Below the pieces are notes generated by a model that saw nothing but the letters and a program-made list of their open reading frames with translations, had not been told where the DNA came from and did no database searches. From Terriglobia bacterium (GTDB lineage: Bacteria; Acidobacteriota; Terriglobia; 20CM-2-55-15): DNA of 64,000 nt. The position numbers were made by a program, and so were the translations under genes. Numbering within the stretch: position 1 is the stretch's first letter; each line of letters begins with the position of its first letter. This document shows, piece by piece, positions 49,015 through 58,802 of the stretch. The stretch lies in contig CBDCLE010000017.1 of NCBI GenBank assembly GCA_965218585.1, forward strand, positions 160,001-224,000, given 5' to 3'.

Positions 49015-49629
49015 TTACTTTCTCCAATTTCTGGGCGATCCAGTGCCACAGCTCCCTGATTTCGTCGGCTGCTTTCCCGTCGGGTTCGGACTCGGTGACT
49101 GTAGGCCCATCCCGTAAGCGTCCTGAAAAGCGCTACGCGCAACTACGTGCACCGGAGCGGCCAGCCCCAGGACACTCAAACCTCTGGCCGCTTCGCGGAT
49201 TCGGTAACCTCGGGGCGGCGTCTGATTCAAAACAAACGCACTCACCTTGCCAAGGCGATTGATAGTGGCCACCGTTGGGGGCGTGGCCTTCATGTCCGCC
49301 GATGTCGGCCGGCAGGGGATCAGGCACAAATCTGCCTGGCGGATTGCCGCAGCCGTGCTGGGTTCATCGTGGCCAGGAGTGTCGATCAGGATCACGTCAA
49401 AGCGCTCGCGGCTGCCCGTGATGGCAGTCGGGAGTTCGGCGGCCGTGACGGCGGCCAGCTTCGGCGTCGGCGATTCACGCGCCTGATACCATGACTCGGC
49501 AGTCTTTTGCGGGTCCATGTCCAGGACAAGCACCCGGCCGCCGAGCTCGGCGGCGGCCACCGCACAGGACAGGACGAGAGTGGTCTTGCCGCTGCCGCCC
49601 TTTTGGGTAACAAAGGTGATTACGCGCAT
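49015..49629 (-). CDS. parA: Plasmid-type ParA ATPase (type Ib), apparent frameshift near 49100
   Basis: QKGGSGKTT, DMDPQ, IDTP; shifted frame restores VTESEPDGKAADEIRELW. Confidence 0.85.
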   Translation of the reverse strand: MRVITFVTQKGGSGKTTLVLSCAVAAAELGGRVLVLDMDPQKTAESWYQARESPTPKLAAVTAAELPTAITGSRERFDVILIDTPGHDEPSTAAAIRQADLCLIPCRPTSADMKATPPTVATINRLGKVSAFVLNQTPPRGYRIREAARGLSVLGLAAPVHVVARSAFQDAYGMGLQSPSPNPTGKQPTKSGSCGTGSPRNWRK

Positions 49630-49885
49630 ACGAGTATAATCGTAACGCTGTGTAATTGTCTAAAGCAAGACAATGACAACATCATACAATGATACACGGA
49701 TCGTGCGGCTGCTTCTCAAGTCTCCCCGCCAGCTAGAGCTGAAAAGATATTCTGGGTAGCGGGGCGGTCGATCCATTCTCTGGCGGGATCAGTTCTCGTC
49801 ATTCTCCGTTCTGGCCGGCTGCACTACGTCCCTCAAAATCTGGGCGCTGAAGGGGTGGCCCTTGCACTTTATAGCGCTGTTTCGC

Positions 49886-49914
49886 TTGCAACGTGAAGTG
49901 TTGCATCCGATACT
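49886..49914 (+). promoter_or_regulatory. Candidate sigma70 promoter and operator of higBA
   Basis: TTGCAA-N17-GATACT overlapping inverted repeat TGCAAC-N7-GTTGCA, 6 nt before the toxin start. Confidence 0.5.
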
Positions 49915-49920
49915 GGGCCA

Positions 49921-50193
49921 GTGCAGATAGCGCACGCGGGATTGAGGCGCTTGTTCGAGCGCGGTGACAGCCGCCGGCTGAACCCAGCCCATGTGCGGCG
50001 CATCCGGCGCGTGCTGGCGGATCTGGCCGTCGCGTCTTCTCCGACAGACCTGGATCAACCCGGCTACCGGCTGCACCCGCTGACTGGCGACCGGCGCGAC
50101 CAATGGAGCGTACGCGTATCCGGGAACTGGCGCATCGTCTTCCGTTTTGTGGATGGCATGGCGGTGGACGTGGACCTGATCGACTACCACTAA
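49921..50193 (+). CDS. higB: HigB/RelE-family toxin (plasmid maintenance killer type)
   Basis: HAGLRRLFE, PGYRLHPLTGD, WSVRVSGNWRIVFRF, DLIDYH. Confidence 0.9.
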   Translation: MQIAHAGLRRLFERGDSRRLNPAHVRRIRRVLADLAVASSPTDLDQPGYRLHPLTGDRRDQWSVRVSGNWRIVFRFVDGMAVDVDLIDYH

Positions 50194-50205
50194 GGGGGAG
50201 AATCC

Positions 50206-50472
50206 ATGCCTATGTACGACCCACCACATCCCGGCGAGATGATCCGAGACATCCTGGAAGATCAAGAGGTCGACTGGAGTGTGACAGAGTGTGCTCAGCG
50301 TCTCGACGTGGCGCGGAACACACTGTCGCGGCTACTCAATGGACGTCTTGGAATCTCGCCACGCATGGCGCTGGCGCTGGAGCGAATTGGTTGGAGCAAC
50401 GCGGATCACTGGATGCGTCTTCAGGCGGCTTATGACTTGGCGCAAGAGAGGCGCAAGCAGTCGGCTGCGTGA
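50206..50472 (+). CDS. higA: HigA-family antitoxin
   Basis: PPHPGE, HTH, ISPRMALAL, WMRLQAAYDL. Confidence 0.9.
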   Translation: MPMYDPPHPGEMIRDILEDQEVDWSVTECAQRLDVARNTLSRLLNGRLGISPRMALALERIGWSNADHWMRLQAAYDLAQERRKQSAA

Positions 50473-50562
50473 ATTGTGGTGAATCTGGGAGGATTGTGCG
50501 AGGCCATCACCGGCCGGAGGGTATCCCCATGAAACGACAGCCGAAAACCAGAGCTTGAGATT

Positions 50563-51489
50563 GTGCGCCACGATCCCGTAGCAGACGCCACGCCGCAGGC
50601 GCGGGACCCTTTCCGGATGCTCGACCAGGTCAACGCATTGGCCGAGGCGCGCGAGGCCGATCCGGACCTCGGCTTCGTGGGGAGGGTGTTGGCGCTGTGC
50701 AGCCTGCCACGGACGAATCCAGGAAACCAAGACAAATACATCCGACGGAACGGACCGTTCACTCTGGTGATGACCGCAACGGGGGAATACAAACTGCCCT
50801 ACGGCACCCTGCCGCGTCTCTTAATGGCCTGGGTCTCGACCGAAGCCGTGCGTACTCAGAACCGCGAACTCGTCTTGGGGGATTCGCTCGCGCACTTCAT
50901 GAGGACGTTGGGAATTTACAACAGCGGCGGCCACCCGCAAACGCGCCTAAAAAACCAGATGCGGCGGTTGTTCAACGCGAGCATTCGGTTGATTCACAAA
51001 CACGAACATGGCGAGCGGTTCATCGCCTCGCAGATCGCCGACAGGGGGGAGTTCTGGTGGGACCCCAAGCGACCCGCGGAGCGAACGCTATGGCAGAGCA
51101 AGATTCGGCTGGGTGAAGAGTTTTTCAACGAGATCATCCATCATCCGGTGCCTCTGGACATGAACACGCTGAAGGGGCTGAAGCGGTCGCCCCTCGGGCT
51201 CGACTTGTACATGTGGCTGGTCTACCGGACATTCAAACTCGATGCCCCGCTGCGGCTGTCTTGGCCGGTGCTCTATCGGCAGTTCGGGGCGGACCCGAGC
51301 CGATCCTACGATAACGTGACGGTCCAGCATTTCCAAACAGACTGCCTGCGCGAGCTGAAGAAGATCAGGACAGCTTGGCCGGGCCTGAAATACCGCATCG
51401 AGCGCGGCCGACGACATGAAAAGACCGGGGGGGGGGGGGTTCTGTTGCCATCCACCCCGCAGATCCCTCCTCTAAAACTCGTCATATAG
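50563..51489 (+). CDS. repA: Plasmid replication protein RepA (RepA_C type); likely true start ATG 50529 with a +1 A frameshift
   Basis: LCSLP..NPG, LPYGTLPRLLMAW, HPVPLD, SPLGLDLYMWL, QFG; GGAGG RBS before ATG 50529. Confidence 0.82.
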   Translation: MRHDPVADATPQARDPFRMLDQVNALAEAREADPDLGFVGRVLALCSLPRTNPGNQDKYIRRNGPFTLVMTATGEYKLPYGTLPRLLMAWVSTEAVRTQNRELVLGDSLAHFMRTLGIYNSGGHPQTRLKNQMRRLFNASIRLIHKHEHGERFIASQIADRGEFWWDPKRPAERTLWQSKIRLGEEFFNEIIHHPVPLDMNTLKGLKRSPLGLDLYMWLVYRTFKLDAPLRLSWPVLYRQFGADPSRSYDNVTVQHFQTDCLRELKKIRTAWPGLKYRIERGRRHEKTGGGGVLLPSTPQIPPLKLVI

Positions 51490-51505
51490 CCCAACGACAG
51501 CCTAG

Positions 51506-51613
51506 GAGTCTGCGCGGCAGAACGATTTTGAGTCATTGCGACCACAACATAGTGTGTGTGCGCAGCACTTAGCATCGACATGGAGTACCGAGTTTCTTCT
51601 GCCGCGCAGACTC
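51506..51613. mobile_element. 108-bp MITE with IS1182-type ends
   Basis: 17-bp perfect IR GAGTCTGCGCGGCAGAA, matching the ends of IS 47012-48553; CTAG on both sides; no ORF. Confidence 0.9.
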
Positions 51614-51714
51614 CTAGGGGCGCCATTTGCCCCCATAACGAAACGGGGCTGTCCGGCCGTTGCGGAACCGTCAGAGGCCTTGTCAGAGTCGTTTCCACAG
51701 GTCGCTGTGATTTC

Positions 51715-51815
51715 GGGGAGTTTTCAACGGTCTTTCACCGCACATGACTCCCCCAAATCAACGGTCTTTCACCACACACTACAAGTAATAAGAACAAGTA
51801 GTAAGAAACAAGTAG
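51715..51815. repeat. Candidate plasmid origin/iteron region
   Basis: TCAACGGTCTTTCACC twice (51724, 51758) and ACAAGTA three times (51781, 51794, 51808), downstream of repA. Confidence 0.5.
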
Positions 51816-51849
51816 GAGGAGCGGCAGAATCTGTTGAAAAACCACAGAC

Positions 51850-52060
51850 ACTGAACAATTCCGGCTTCTATCTGGACGTTACCGGACATGCCCTCTTTCC
51901 ACGCGCCACGGCAGATCCACCGCACTTCGCTGTGCAAAGTGCCGGTTTTGACACCGGCGCCGGGTTGACAGCGGCAATGGGCTATACCTTTGGAGGAAGG
52001 TTCTCGCCCGAAGTCGAATGGGGATTCCAGCGGGTTGGCATCGGCAATCCAGATGAGAAT
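51850..52060 (+). pseudogene. Outer-membrane beta-barrel protein fragment
   Basis: SGFYLDVTG..FDTGAGLTAAMGYTFGGRFSPEVEWG beta-strand pattern with no start or end. Confidence 0.4.
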
Positions 52061-52233
52061 CTCTCCAGGCTAATTGTCGTTGGGGCATCTTCGCGGCCCG
52101 CAGCTTTTAAAATCTCCCAGATGTCGTCGCAGAAATCCCCCTTCACTTCGAGGACCAGCGCGGCGGTTCGGCGCTCCGGCTCCGTGGCGTGCCAGCCGAG
52201 CAATTGCCGGGCAAACGGGTTCATGCAGGCCAG

Positions 52234-53086
52234 TTGAACATCTATATCGACGAGTCTGGAGCGTTCGTTCCACCCATCCACAATCGCCCACATCTCTACT
52301 CTCTCGTGCTCGCACTCGTCGTGCCGAGCGCGAATGAGAGCGAGCTCTTCTATCAGTTCCTTCGCTTGCGCGATAGCTGGCCGCAACAGGCTGTCGAGAT
52401 TAAGGGAAGCAAGCTCAACGAGGACCAAACGGCTCAAGTTATGAAGGTGCTAGCCGCGCACGGCGTCATTGCCGAATATCGTGCGATCGACATGGCGTTG
52501 CACCCAAGCGAGGTCATCGACGAATTTAAAAGTCGCCAAGCGGCATCGCTAACCGAGCACCTCACGCCGTCGCACGCCGTAGCCGTCGTACAAAGAGTGC
52601 ACGACGACGCCGAGGTGATTCGTACAATCGCAAATCCGCTCTTCGTGCAAGCAGTCGTGACTATTGAACTCATTCTCGAAATGCTCGGTACAGCAATCAA
52701 TTACTTTGCCCAACGGCGGCCCCGCGAACTTGGTCGGTTCGCCTGGGTGATCGACCAGAAAGACCGTTCCATTACTCAGATGGAGCAGCTTTGGTCTAGC
52801 CTGATTATGCCTGTTGGAGAGTCAGAAAGCGCGCGGCATCCGTACGCTAGGGTTGAAGGCTTCGACTACAGCCACTTCGAAAAGTACGAAATCGACGAAT
52901 CAACCGCCGACGAAAAGATGAAGCGGCACCTTCAATGGATGCGCAGCACACTCCCTTTCTCGAAGGCCGTCCCGGACCGTCTACGCTGCATCAATGCAAA
53001 GCGGATTTGGACGGAAGAACGATCATTCGCAGACTCCAAAGACAATCTCGGGCTGCAACTCGCGGATATTGCTGTTAGCAGCCTAG
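52234..53086 (+). CDS. DUF3800-family protein, C-terminus cut by IS701
   Basis: IYIDESG, EIKGS, DSK..GLQLADI; IS begins just after AVSSL. Confidence 0.75.
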
Positions 53087-54554
53087 TACTACTATGTTAC
53101 AAACGAAGCGGTCCACAGAACGGACAACGAGGAAGCTGCTGAATCAGGAAGCGGGCGATGCGAATGCGAAGCGTGGCAATCGAGCAGGGGTTATGTCGTT
53201 CGGGCCGGATCCGGGGTTCCGCGGGGTTTGAAGTGTTTGGGGAGTTTGGGGACGGATAGTCCAACATGCTCGACAAATGCAGAGGGGGAAAAACGGCTCC
53301 GCTCGGCGACCAGGAACCCATAAGAGGCAATACATAAGGTGCCATGATGGTGAAATCCACGCCAGCCGCGACCTTCGTAGTGTCCCAGACCGAGTTCCTG
53401 CTTGAGTTCCTGATAGTCGCGTTCGATGATCCAGCGCTGTTTGGCCTGACCGGCCAGATCGGAAAGCGAGGTATGGGCCCCAAGAGTGGAGAGCCAATAC
53501 CGGATCGGTTCGGATGCGGTCTTGGGCCACTCGACCAACAACCACTCTTTCGGATGCGGCGAGTGGCGCTCGTGATCCAGATGAGCGGGACGAATGCGAA
53601 CTGCGGCGAAACGGGAACGCAGGGTCTCGGAGGTGCCTTCGCGCCAGGAGACGTTCTTCCAACGCTGGGGAGACAACGAGAGGGCCAGTTGCTTGACCGA
53701 AACCGGTTGATGTTTCTTGTTGCGCTGCATGCGGGTCGGTGTCCGTCCGCGGCCGGTCAAGGATTTCGGCGGCAAGGGACCCTGGCCCGGTTTCCACACG
53801 GTCGTGGTGCCTTGCACCCCTAGGACGTAGCTAAGTCCGAGTTCGGTGATGCCGTGCCGGAACTTGTAGTTGTTGCCGTAGGCCGTATCGCCCAGAACCG
53901 GTGCCGGAGCAATGCCGTCATCGACGGCCTGCCGGATTTGTTCCAAAGCAATTTGAGGTTTAGTTTGAAATCGAACGTCTTCGGGAATAGCGGCTTTGCT
54001 TCGACGTTCCGGATCCTTCGCCCAGGTCTCGGGGAGGTAGAGTCGCCATGCCACCGGCAAGCTGGATTTCGCTGTCGCCACCGACAGGCTCACCGCCACC
54101 CGGCAGTTCTCAGGTTTGCCGACCTGTCCACAGTATTGCCGGGCCACACCCACCGAGTGGGTCCCCTTTTTCACGAATCCGGTGTCGTCGACAATCCAGG
54201 CTTCAATCGGACCGTTGGCTTCCATCGCCCCCAGCGCGTACTGTCGAACTTCTGCCAACAGAGCCGCATCGTCCCAGGGCGCATCCGCGACCAGATGATG
54301 TAGCGACTGGTGCATTCGGCGTACATTATCCGGAGCCAATCGTGCAGCCATCGGCTCCACACTCTTACGTTTGATCGGCAGCAACAACCCGGTGCAGTAC
54401 GACTTCAACGGTTCATGACGATCGGCGTGTCCTGCGGCCGACGCCAGGCGTTCCAAATAGGCCGCAAAACGTTTTTCCTGAGTGCCTGGCGCCTTCGATT
54501 TGGCGCTCATGACCGGATGCTAACATAAAATAGACCGTTTGTAACACAGTAGTA
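53087..54554 (-). mobile_element. IS701-family element
   Basis: 19-bp IRs TACTACTATGTTACAAACG / CGTTTGTAACACAGTAGTA (1 mismatch), flanked by CTAG and CTAT. Confidence 0.88.
53191..54510 (-). CDS. IS701-family transposase
   Basis: RKSVEPMA, VDDTGFVKKG.HSVGVARQYCG, RLYLP..W, RWIIERDYQELKQELGL. Confidence 0.93.
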   Translation of the reverse strand: MSAKSKAPGTQEKRFAAYLERLASAAGHADRHEPLKSYCTGLLLPIKRKSVEPMAARLAPDNVRRMHQSLHHLVADAPWDDAALLAEVRQYALGAMEANGPIEAWIVDDTGFVKKGTHSVGVARQYCGQVGKPENCRVAVSLSVATAKSSLPVAWRLYLPETWAKDPERRSKAAIPEDVRFQTKPQIALEQIRQAVDDGIAPAPVLGDTAYGNNYKFRHGITELGLSYVLGVQGTTTVWKPGQGPLPPKSLTGRGRTPTRMQRNKKHQPVSVKQLALSLSPQRWKNVSWREGTSETLRSRFAAVRIRPAHLDHERHSPHPKEWLLVEWPKTASEPIRYWLSTLGAHTSLSDLAGQAKQRWIIERDYQELKQELGLGHYEGRGWRGFHHHGTLCIASYGFLVAERSRFSPSAFVEHVGLSVPKLPKHFKPRGTPDPARTT

Positions 54555-54666
54555 CTATACGTTCATGTTAAACAAGTCGGTCTGTTTCTCACGAAGTTGA
54601 GGCCACCGCCCTGGAACTATCTAGACACTTCCCGTCTGATATCGTCCAATGGACCTGTGAGGACCA

Positions 54667-55665
54667 ATGATGGAAGTGATGCGCGCTTTCGTGATCAAAG
54701 AGCCTGGAGGGCCGGAAAAGCTCGAACTCCGAGAGGTGGCCCGACCATTGCCTCGGGACGGGTGGGTCTTGATTCGCAACCGGGCATTCGGGCTGAACCG
54801 GTCAGAGTGGTTCACACGACGGGGGGAGTCGCCCTCGGTTGAATTTCCCCGTGTGCTCGGCATCGAATGTGTAGGTGAGGTGGTCGCCGCGCCAGGAAGC
54901 GACCTGACCGCTGGTTTCCGTGTCGCGGCCATGATGGGCGGGATGGGGCGACAGTTCGACGGTTCCTATGCCGAGTATGTTCTCGTGCCGCGGCAACATG
55001 TGTTCCCGTTGAAGACGAACCTGGACTGGAAAATCCTAGGAGCGCTGCCTGAGATGCTACAGACGGTGCATGGATCCCTCCACACCGGCCTTGAAATTGA
55101 AAGGGCGCAGAACCTCCTCGTGCGCGGAGCCACATCGTCGATTGGCTTCGCGGCTATGGCTCTGGCGAAATTGGCAGGCCTTGAGGTCACGGCGACTACC
55201 CGACACACAACCAAGGTCGACGAGCTCAGGGCCTCCGGAGCTACCCACGTGCTCGTGGACGATGAATCCATAGCGCACAAAGCCCGAGCCATTTACCCAG
55301 AAGGTGTCGACCGGGTCCTCGAACTCGTCGGGGCCACAACACTGCTGAATTCTTTGCAGGCCGTGCGACGGGGCGGCATCGTGTGCATGACGGGCATTCT
55401 TGGCGGCAAGTGGGTTCTATCGGAGTTTCGCCCCATGGAAGACGTGCCGACCGGCGTAAAATTCACCTCATACAGCGGTGAGTCGTCCGACATCGCATGC
55501 GCGCAGCTTCAAGAATACGTCTCTCTCGTGGAGTCCGGTGATCTAACGCTGAAGCTCGGCCCGACCTTCCCTTTCGAAAGGCTCCGTGAAGCGCACACCA
55601 TGATGGACGAGAACCGGGCCCAAGGTAAGATCGTGATAGCGGCGTCTGACCGTGGTGGCAAGTAA
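54667..55665 (+). CDS. MDR-family quinone oxidoreductase / zinc-binding dehydrogenase-like
   Basis: AFGLNRSE, PRVLGIECVG, DGSYAEY, RGATSSIG, GKIVI. Confidence 0.88.
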   Translation: MMEVMRAFVIKEPGGPEKLELREVARPLPRDGWVLIRNRAFGLNRSEWFTRRGESPSVEFPRVLGIECVGEVVAAPGSDLTAGFRVAAMMGGMGRQFDGSYAEYVLVPRQHVFPLKTNLDWKILGALPEMLQTVHGSLHTGLEIERAQNLLVRGATSSIGFAAMALAKLAGLEVTATTRHTTKVDELRASGATHVLVDDESIAHKARAIYPEGVDRVLELVGATTLLNSLQAVRRGGIVCMTGILGGKWVLSEFRPMEDVPTGVKFTSYSGESSDIACAQLQEYVSLVESGDLTLKLGPTFPFERLREAHTMMDENRAQGKIVIAASDRGGK

Positions 55666-56288
55666 GCTACTTGGATGTAAGACCGGCTTGCCGGACAAGC
55701 GACAAATGCTCTAACGTTCACTCAAGCTACACCAACCTGCATCGGTCGCCGAGGTGTCCACGTGAGCACAACATCTGGTTGACAGTGCCCATACGCGGCA
55801 CAATGATGACCACTATCAAAGGAGTAGATCATGTGGGTAGGAGACAAGCGATTCCTTGACCTCCCGCTGGGACCGTTCAGAATCTCTGACGGATCGGGAA
55901 CGCGTCGGGCGGCAACCTTCCGCGGCGTGCTCGGTGGCATATGTGTAGGCCTTCTCTGCGCCACAACCGCTCTCGGTCAGGCCTCGCTGGGTGAGCTCAA
56001 CGCATCGATTGCCCAACTCGCGGAAGAGGTCCTGCCAGGCGTGGTCCAGATCGAGAGCAACTCTTACGCCCCGATTCTTGGTGCCGGAAATTCCGCTCCA
56101 GTCTCATTACAGCCAAGCACCGGATCCGGAGTGATCCTGAGCGAGGATGGCTTCATCGTTACAAATGCCCACGTGGTGTCGGGTGCTACCCAGATCCAGG
56201 TGCAGCTTGCCTCGTTCGACGGGTCTCCCGGCCGGAGTGTGTTACGCCGCCAAGGAAAGAGACTCAAAGCTGAGATCGTCGGGATCGA

Positions 56289-57653
56289 GAGGTCGTTCCA
56301 ATCGGTGTGTAAAAAGAGAAGGCGGTGTACGCTTTCAGTGAATTCGAAACCGTAAGCAATCCCGGCAGCAATCGGGAGAAAGGTACACCACCCATGAAGA
56401 AGAAGAACATACCGGCATCAGTGGCGTCAACGAACGCGTATGAAGGTTTGGAGGACTGGGCGCGATCCCGGGTCCAAGTCTGGCTACAGGAGCTGCTCGA
56501 GGACGAAGTCACTCAATTTCTGGGTCGGGAAAAGTTGGAGCGGAGTCCGAATCGACGAGGATACCGGAACGGTCACGGGAAGCCGCGACGCTTCGCAATG
56601 ATGAACGGTACGATGGAGGTTCGACGACCTCGGGTTCGAAACACCGCCGAGCGGTTCGAGAGTCAGATCCTGCCGTATTTTCGACGGAAATCGAAACAGC
56701 TGGGCGAGCTACTTCCCGATCTCTACCTCCACGGTCTGGCCACAGGGGACTTCGAGCAGGCCATGCGCGGACTGCTTGGCGCTGGCGCTCCGTTGTCGCG
56801 AGCATCGATCCAACGACTGAAATCGACCTGGCAGTTGGAGTATGACGAGTGGGTCCAGCAGGACCTGTCCGGCCTCGAGGTCGTGTACCAGTGGGCAGAC
56901 GGCTTGTACGTGAAAGCGGGGATCGCGAAAGAGCGAGCGGCATTGCTGGTGATCATCGGAGCCTTGTCAGACGGGCGCAAAGTGGTGTTGGCCTGTGAGA
57001 GCGGGCAGCGGGAAAGCAAGGAGTCCTGGAGCCGCATTCTGCGCAATCTCCAGAGACGGGGCCTGAAGCTGGGACGGCTGACTGTCGCGGACGGTCACCT
57101 GGGCATCTGGTCCGCGCTGGCCGAGCAACAGCCCCAGGGCCAGGAACAACGCTGCTGGAACCACAAGTCGATCAACGTGGTCGATCATCTGCCGAAGACC
57201 GAGCAGCCCGCGGCCAGACAGCTGCTTCATGGGATGGCCTTCGCGAACTCCCGCGCGGCCTGCGAACGAAAGCGGGATCAGTTCGTCCGCCGATATGAGA
57301 AGAACTATCCCAAAGCGGGTGAGACGCTGTTGCGGGACTGGGACCGGATGATTACTTTCTATGAGTTCCCGAAACAACACTGGGTGCATCTGAGAACGAC
57401 CAACATCGTCGAATCGCCCTTCGACATGGTTCGTCTCCGCACCAACGCCGCTCGCCGATTCAAGCGTGTCGAGAATGCAACGGCAATGATCTGGAAGCTA
57501 CTACGTGTCGCTGAGAAGGCTTGGCGACACTTAAAAGGATCCGAACTCTTACAAGAGGTCTATGATGGTCAGCAATTCGCTGACGGCATCAGAGTCGTGA
57601 TGAAATCGAAGGCCGCCGCCTGATGACTTTTACACACCTTTTGTAATGACCTC
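56289..57653 (+). mobile_element. IS256-family element, copy 2 (1365 bp)
   Basis: Same IRs as 4244-5608; perfect 8-bp TSD GGGATCGA. Confidence 0.95.
56394..57623 (+). CDS. IS256-family transposase
   Basis: Near-identical to 4349-5578. Confidence 0.93.
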   Translation: MKKKNIPASVASTNAYEGLEDWARSRVQVWLQELLEDEVTQFLGREKLERSPNRRGYRNGHGKPRRFAMMNGTMEVRRPRVRNTAERFESQILPYFRRKSKQLGELLPDLYLHGLATGDFEQAMRGLLGAGAPLSRASIQRLKSTWQLEYDEWVQQDLSGLEVVYQWADGLYVKAGIAKERAALLVIIGALSDGRKVVLACESGQRESKESWSRILRNLQRRGLKLGRLTVADGHLGIWSALAEQQPQGQEQRCWNHKSINVVDHLPKTEQPAARQLLHGMAFANSRAACERKRDQFVRRYEKNYPKAGETLLRDWDRMITFYEFPKQHWVHLRTTNIVESPFDMVRLRTNAARRFKRVENATAMIWKLLRVAEKAWRHLKGSELLQEVYDGQQFADGIRVVMKSKAAA

Positions 57654-58802
57654 GGGATCGACATGGAAACAGACCTGGCTCTGATCAAGGTTGAATCGAC
57701 GGGCCTGCCGGCTCTGGAGTTGGCGGATTCCGAACAGGTCCGGCAGGGGCAGTTGGTTCTCGCGTTCGGCAGTCCCCTGGGATTGGAGAACTCAGTCAGT
57801 ATGGGCATCGTCAGCTCCGTGGCCCGGCAGCTCGAACCAGAAAGCCCTATGATCTACATGCAAACGGACGCACCGATTAACCCCGGCAATAGCGGTGGAC
57901 CGCTGGTTGACGTCGAGGGGCGGGTCGTTGGCATTAACAGCATGATCGTCTCACCGTCCGGAGCGAGCTCGGGTTTGGGGTTTGCGGTGCCGAGTAACAT
58001 CGTCGCTTCGATTGTCGAACAATTGCGTGAGTACGGAGTATTCACTCGCGGAGAAATCGGAATCCAGGCTCAGACGATCACACCCGAATTGGCTGCGGGT
58101 CTGGGCCTTGATCGCGATGCTGGGGTTGTTCTCTCCGATGTGTACGTAGGAGGACCGGCGTACAACGCGGGAGTATTAATAGGCGATATCGTGCTGAGTC
58201 TGAACGGAAAGCCGATGGAAAACGCCAGACAGCTCATGGTCAATCTGTACGGGCAGTTGCCAAGTCGATCGGCGAGTCTGGAGGTGTTGCGTAACGGTGA
58301 AAGGTTAAGCCGCTCTGTCATCGTGCGGGCTCGCAGTGACGAACCGCAGAGCGTCGTACGATTCATCGACATGGAACAGCGTCTGGTATCGCGGCTTGGG
58401 ATCCTGGCGGTTCCAGTGGACAACACTGTGCGGGGGCTGCTCCCTGTTCTTCGGATGCCTGACGGAATATTGGTAACGGACCTGGCGCTTTCTGCTGACG
58501 CACCCCGGGGATTGTTCGCGCCCGGCGACATTCTCTTTACTTTGAACGGACAGGTATTGCGCTCTGTTGCCGATCTGGAAATGACTCTCAGCAGACAACC
58601 GCCCGGAGAGTCTCTGGTTTTTCAAGTTGAACGCAGAGGAAGACTTTCCTTTGTGGTTGTTCAACTCTACTGAGTCTGGGCGGCCGTCCCATGCTCTAGC
58701 GAACGACTAACAGACGGGGCAGAAGTCGGCTCTTCGGGCAGTGGAGATATAGCTAACCGGATCACTTGGACGTATAACCGGCTAACCGGACAAATGGTGA
58801 CG

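Larger units (their letters stand above)
55831..58673 (+). pseudogene. HtrA/DegP-family serine protease with PDZ domains, split by IS256
   Basis: GSGVI and VTNAHVV before the IS; TDLAL, QTDAPINPGNSGGPL and PDZ after it; removing the IS and one GGGATCGA restores IVGIDMETDLA. Confidence 0.9.

Noticed and set aside
51982-52437. PAS-like ORF on the minus strand (MNPFARQLLGW)
   Set aside because: Mostly overlaps the better-supported DUF3800 gene; at most a short remnant
4244-57653. Composite transposon bounded by the two IS256 copies
   Set aside because: Copy 2 has its own TSD inside htrA, showing independent insertion; the outer flanks do not match
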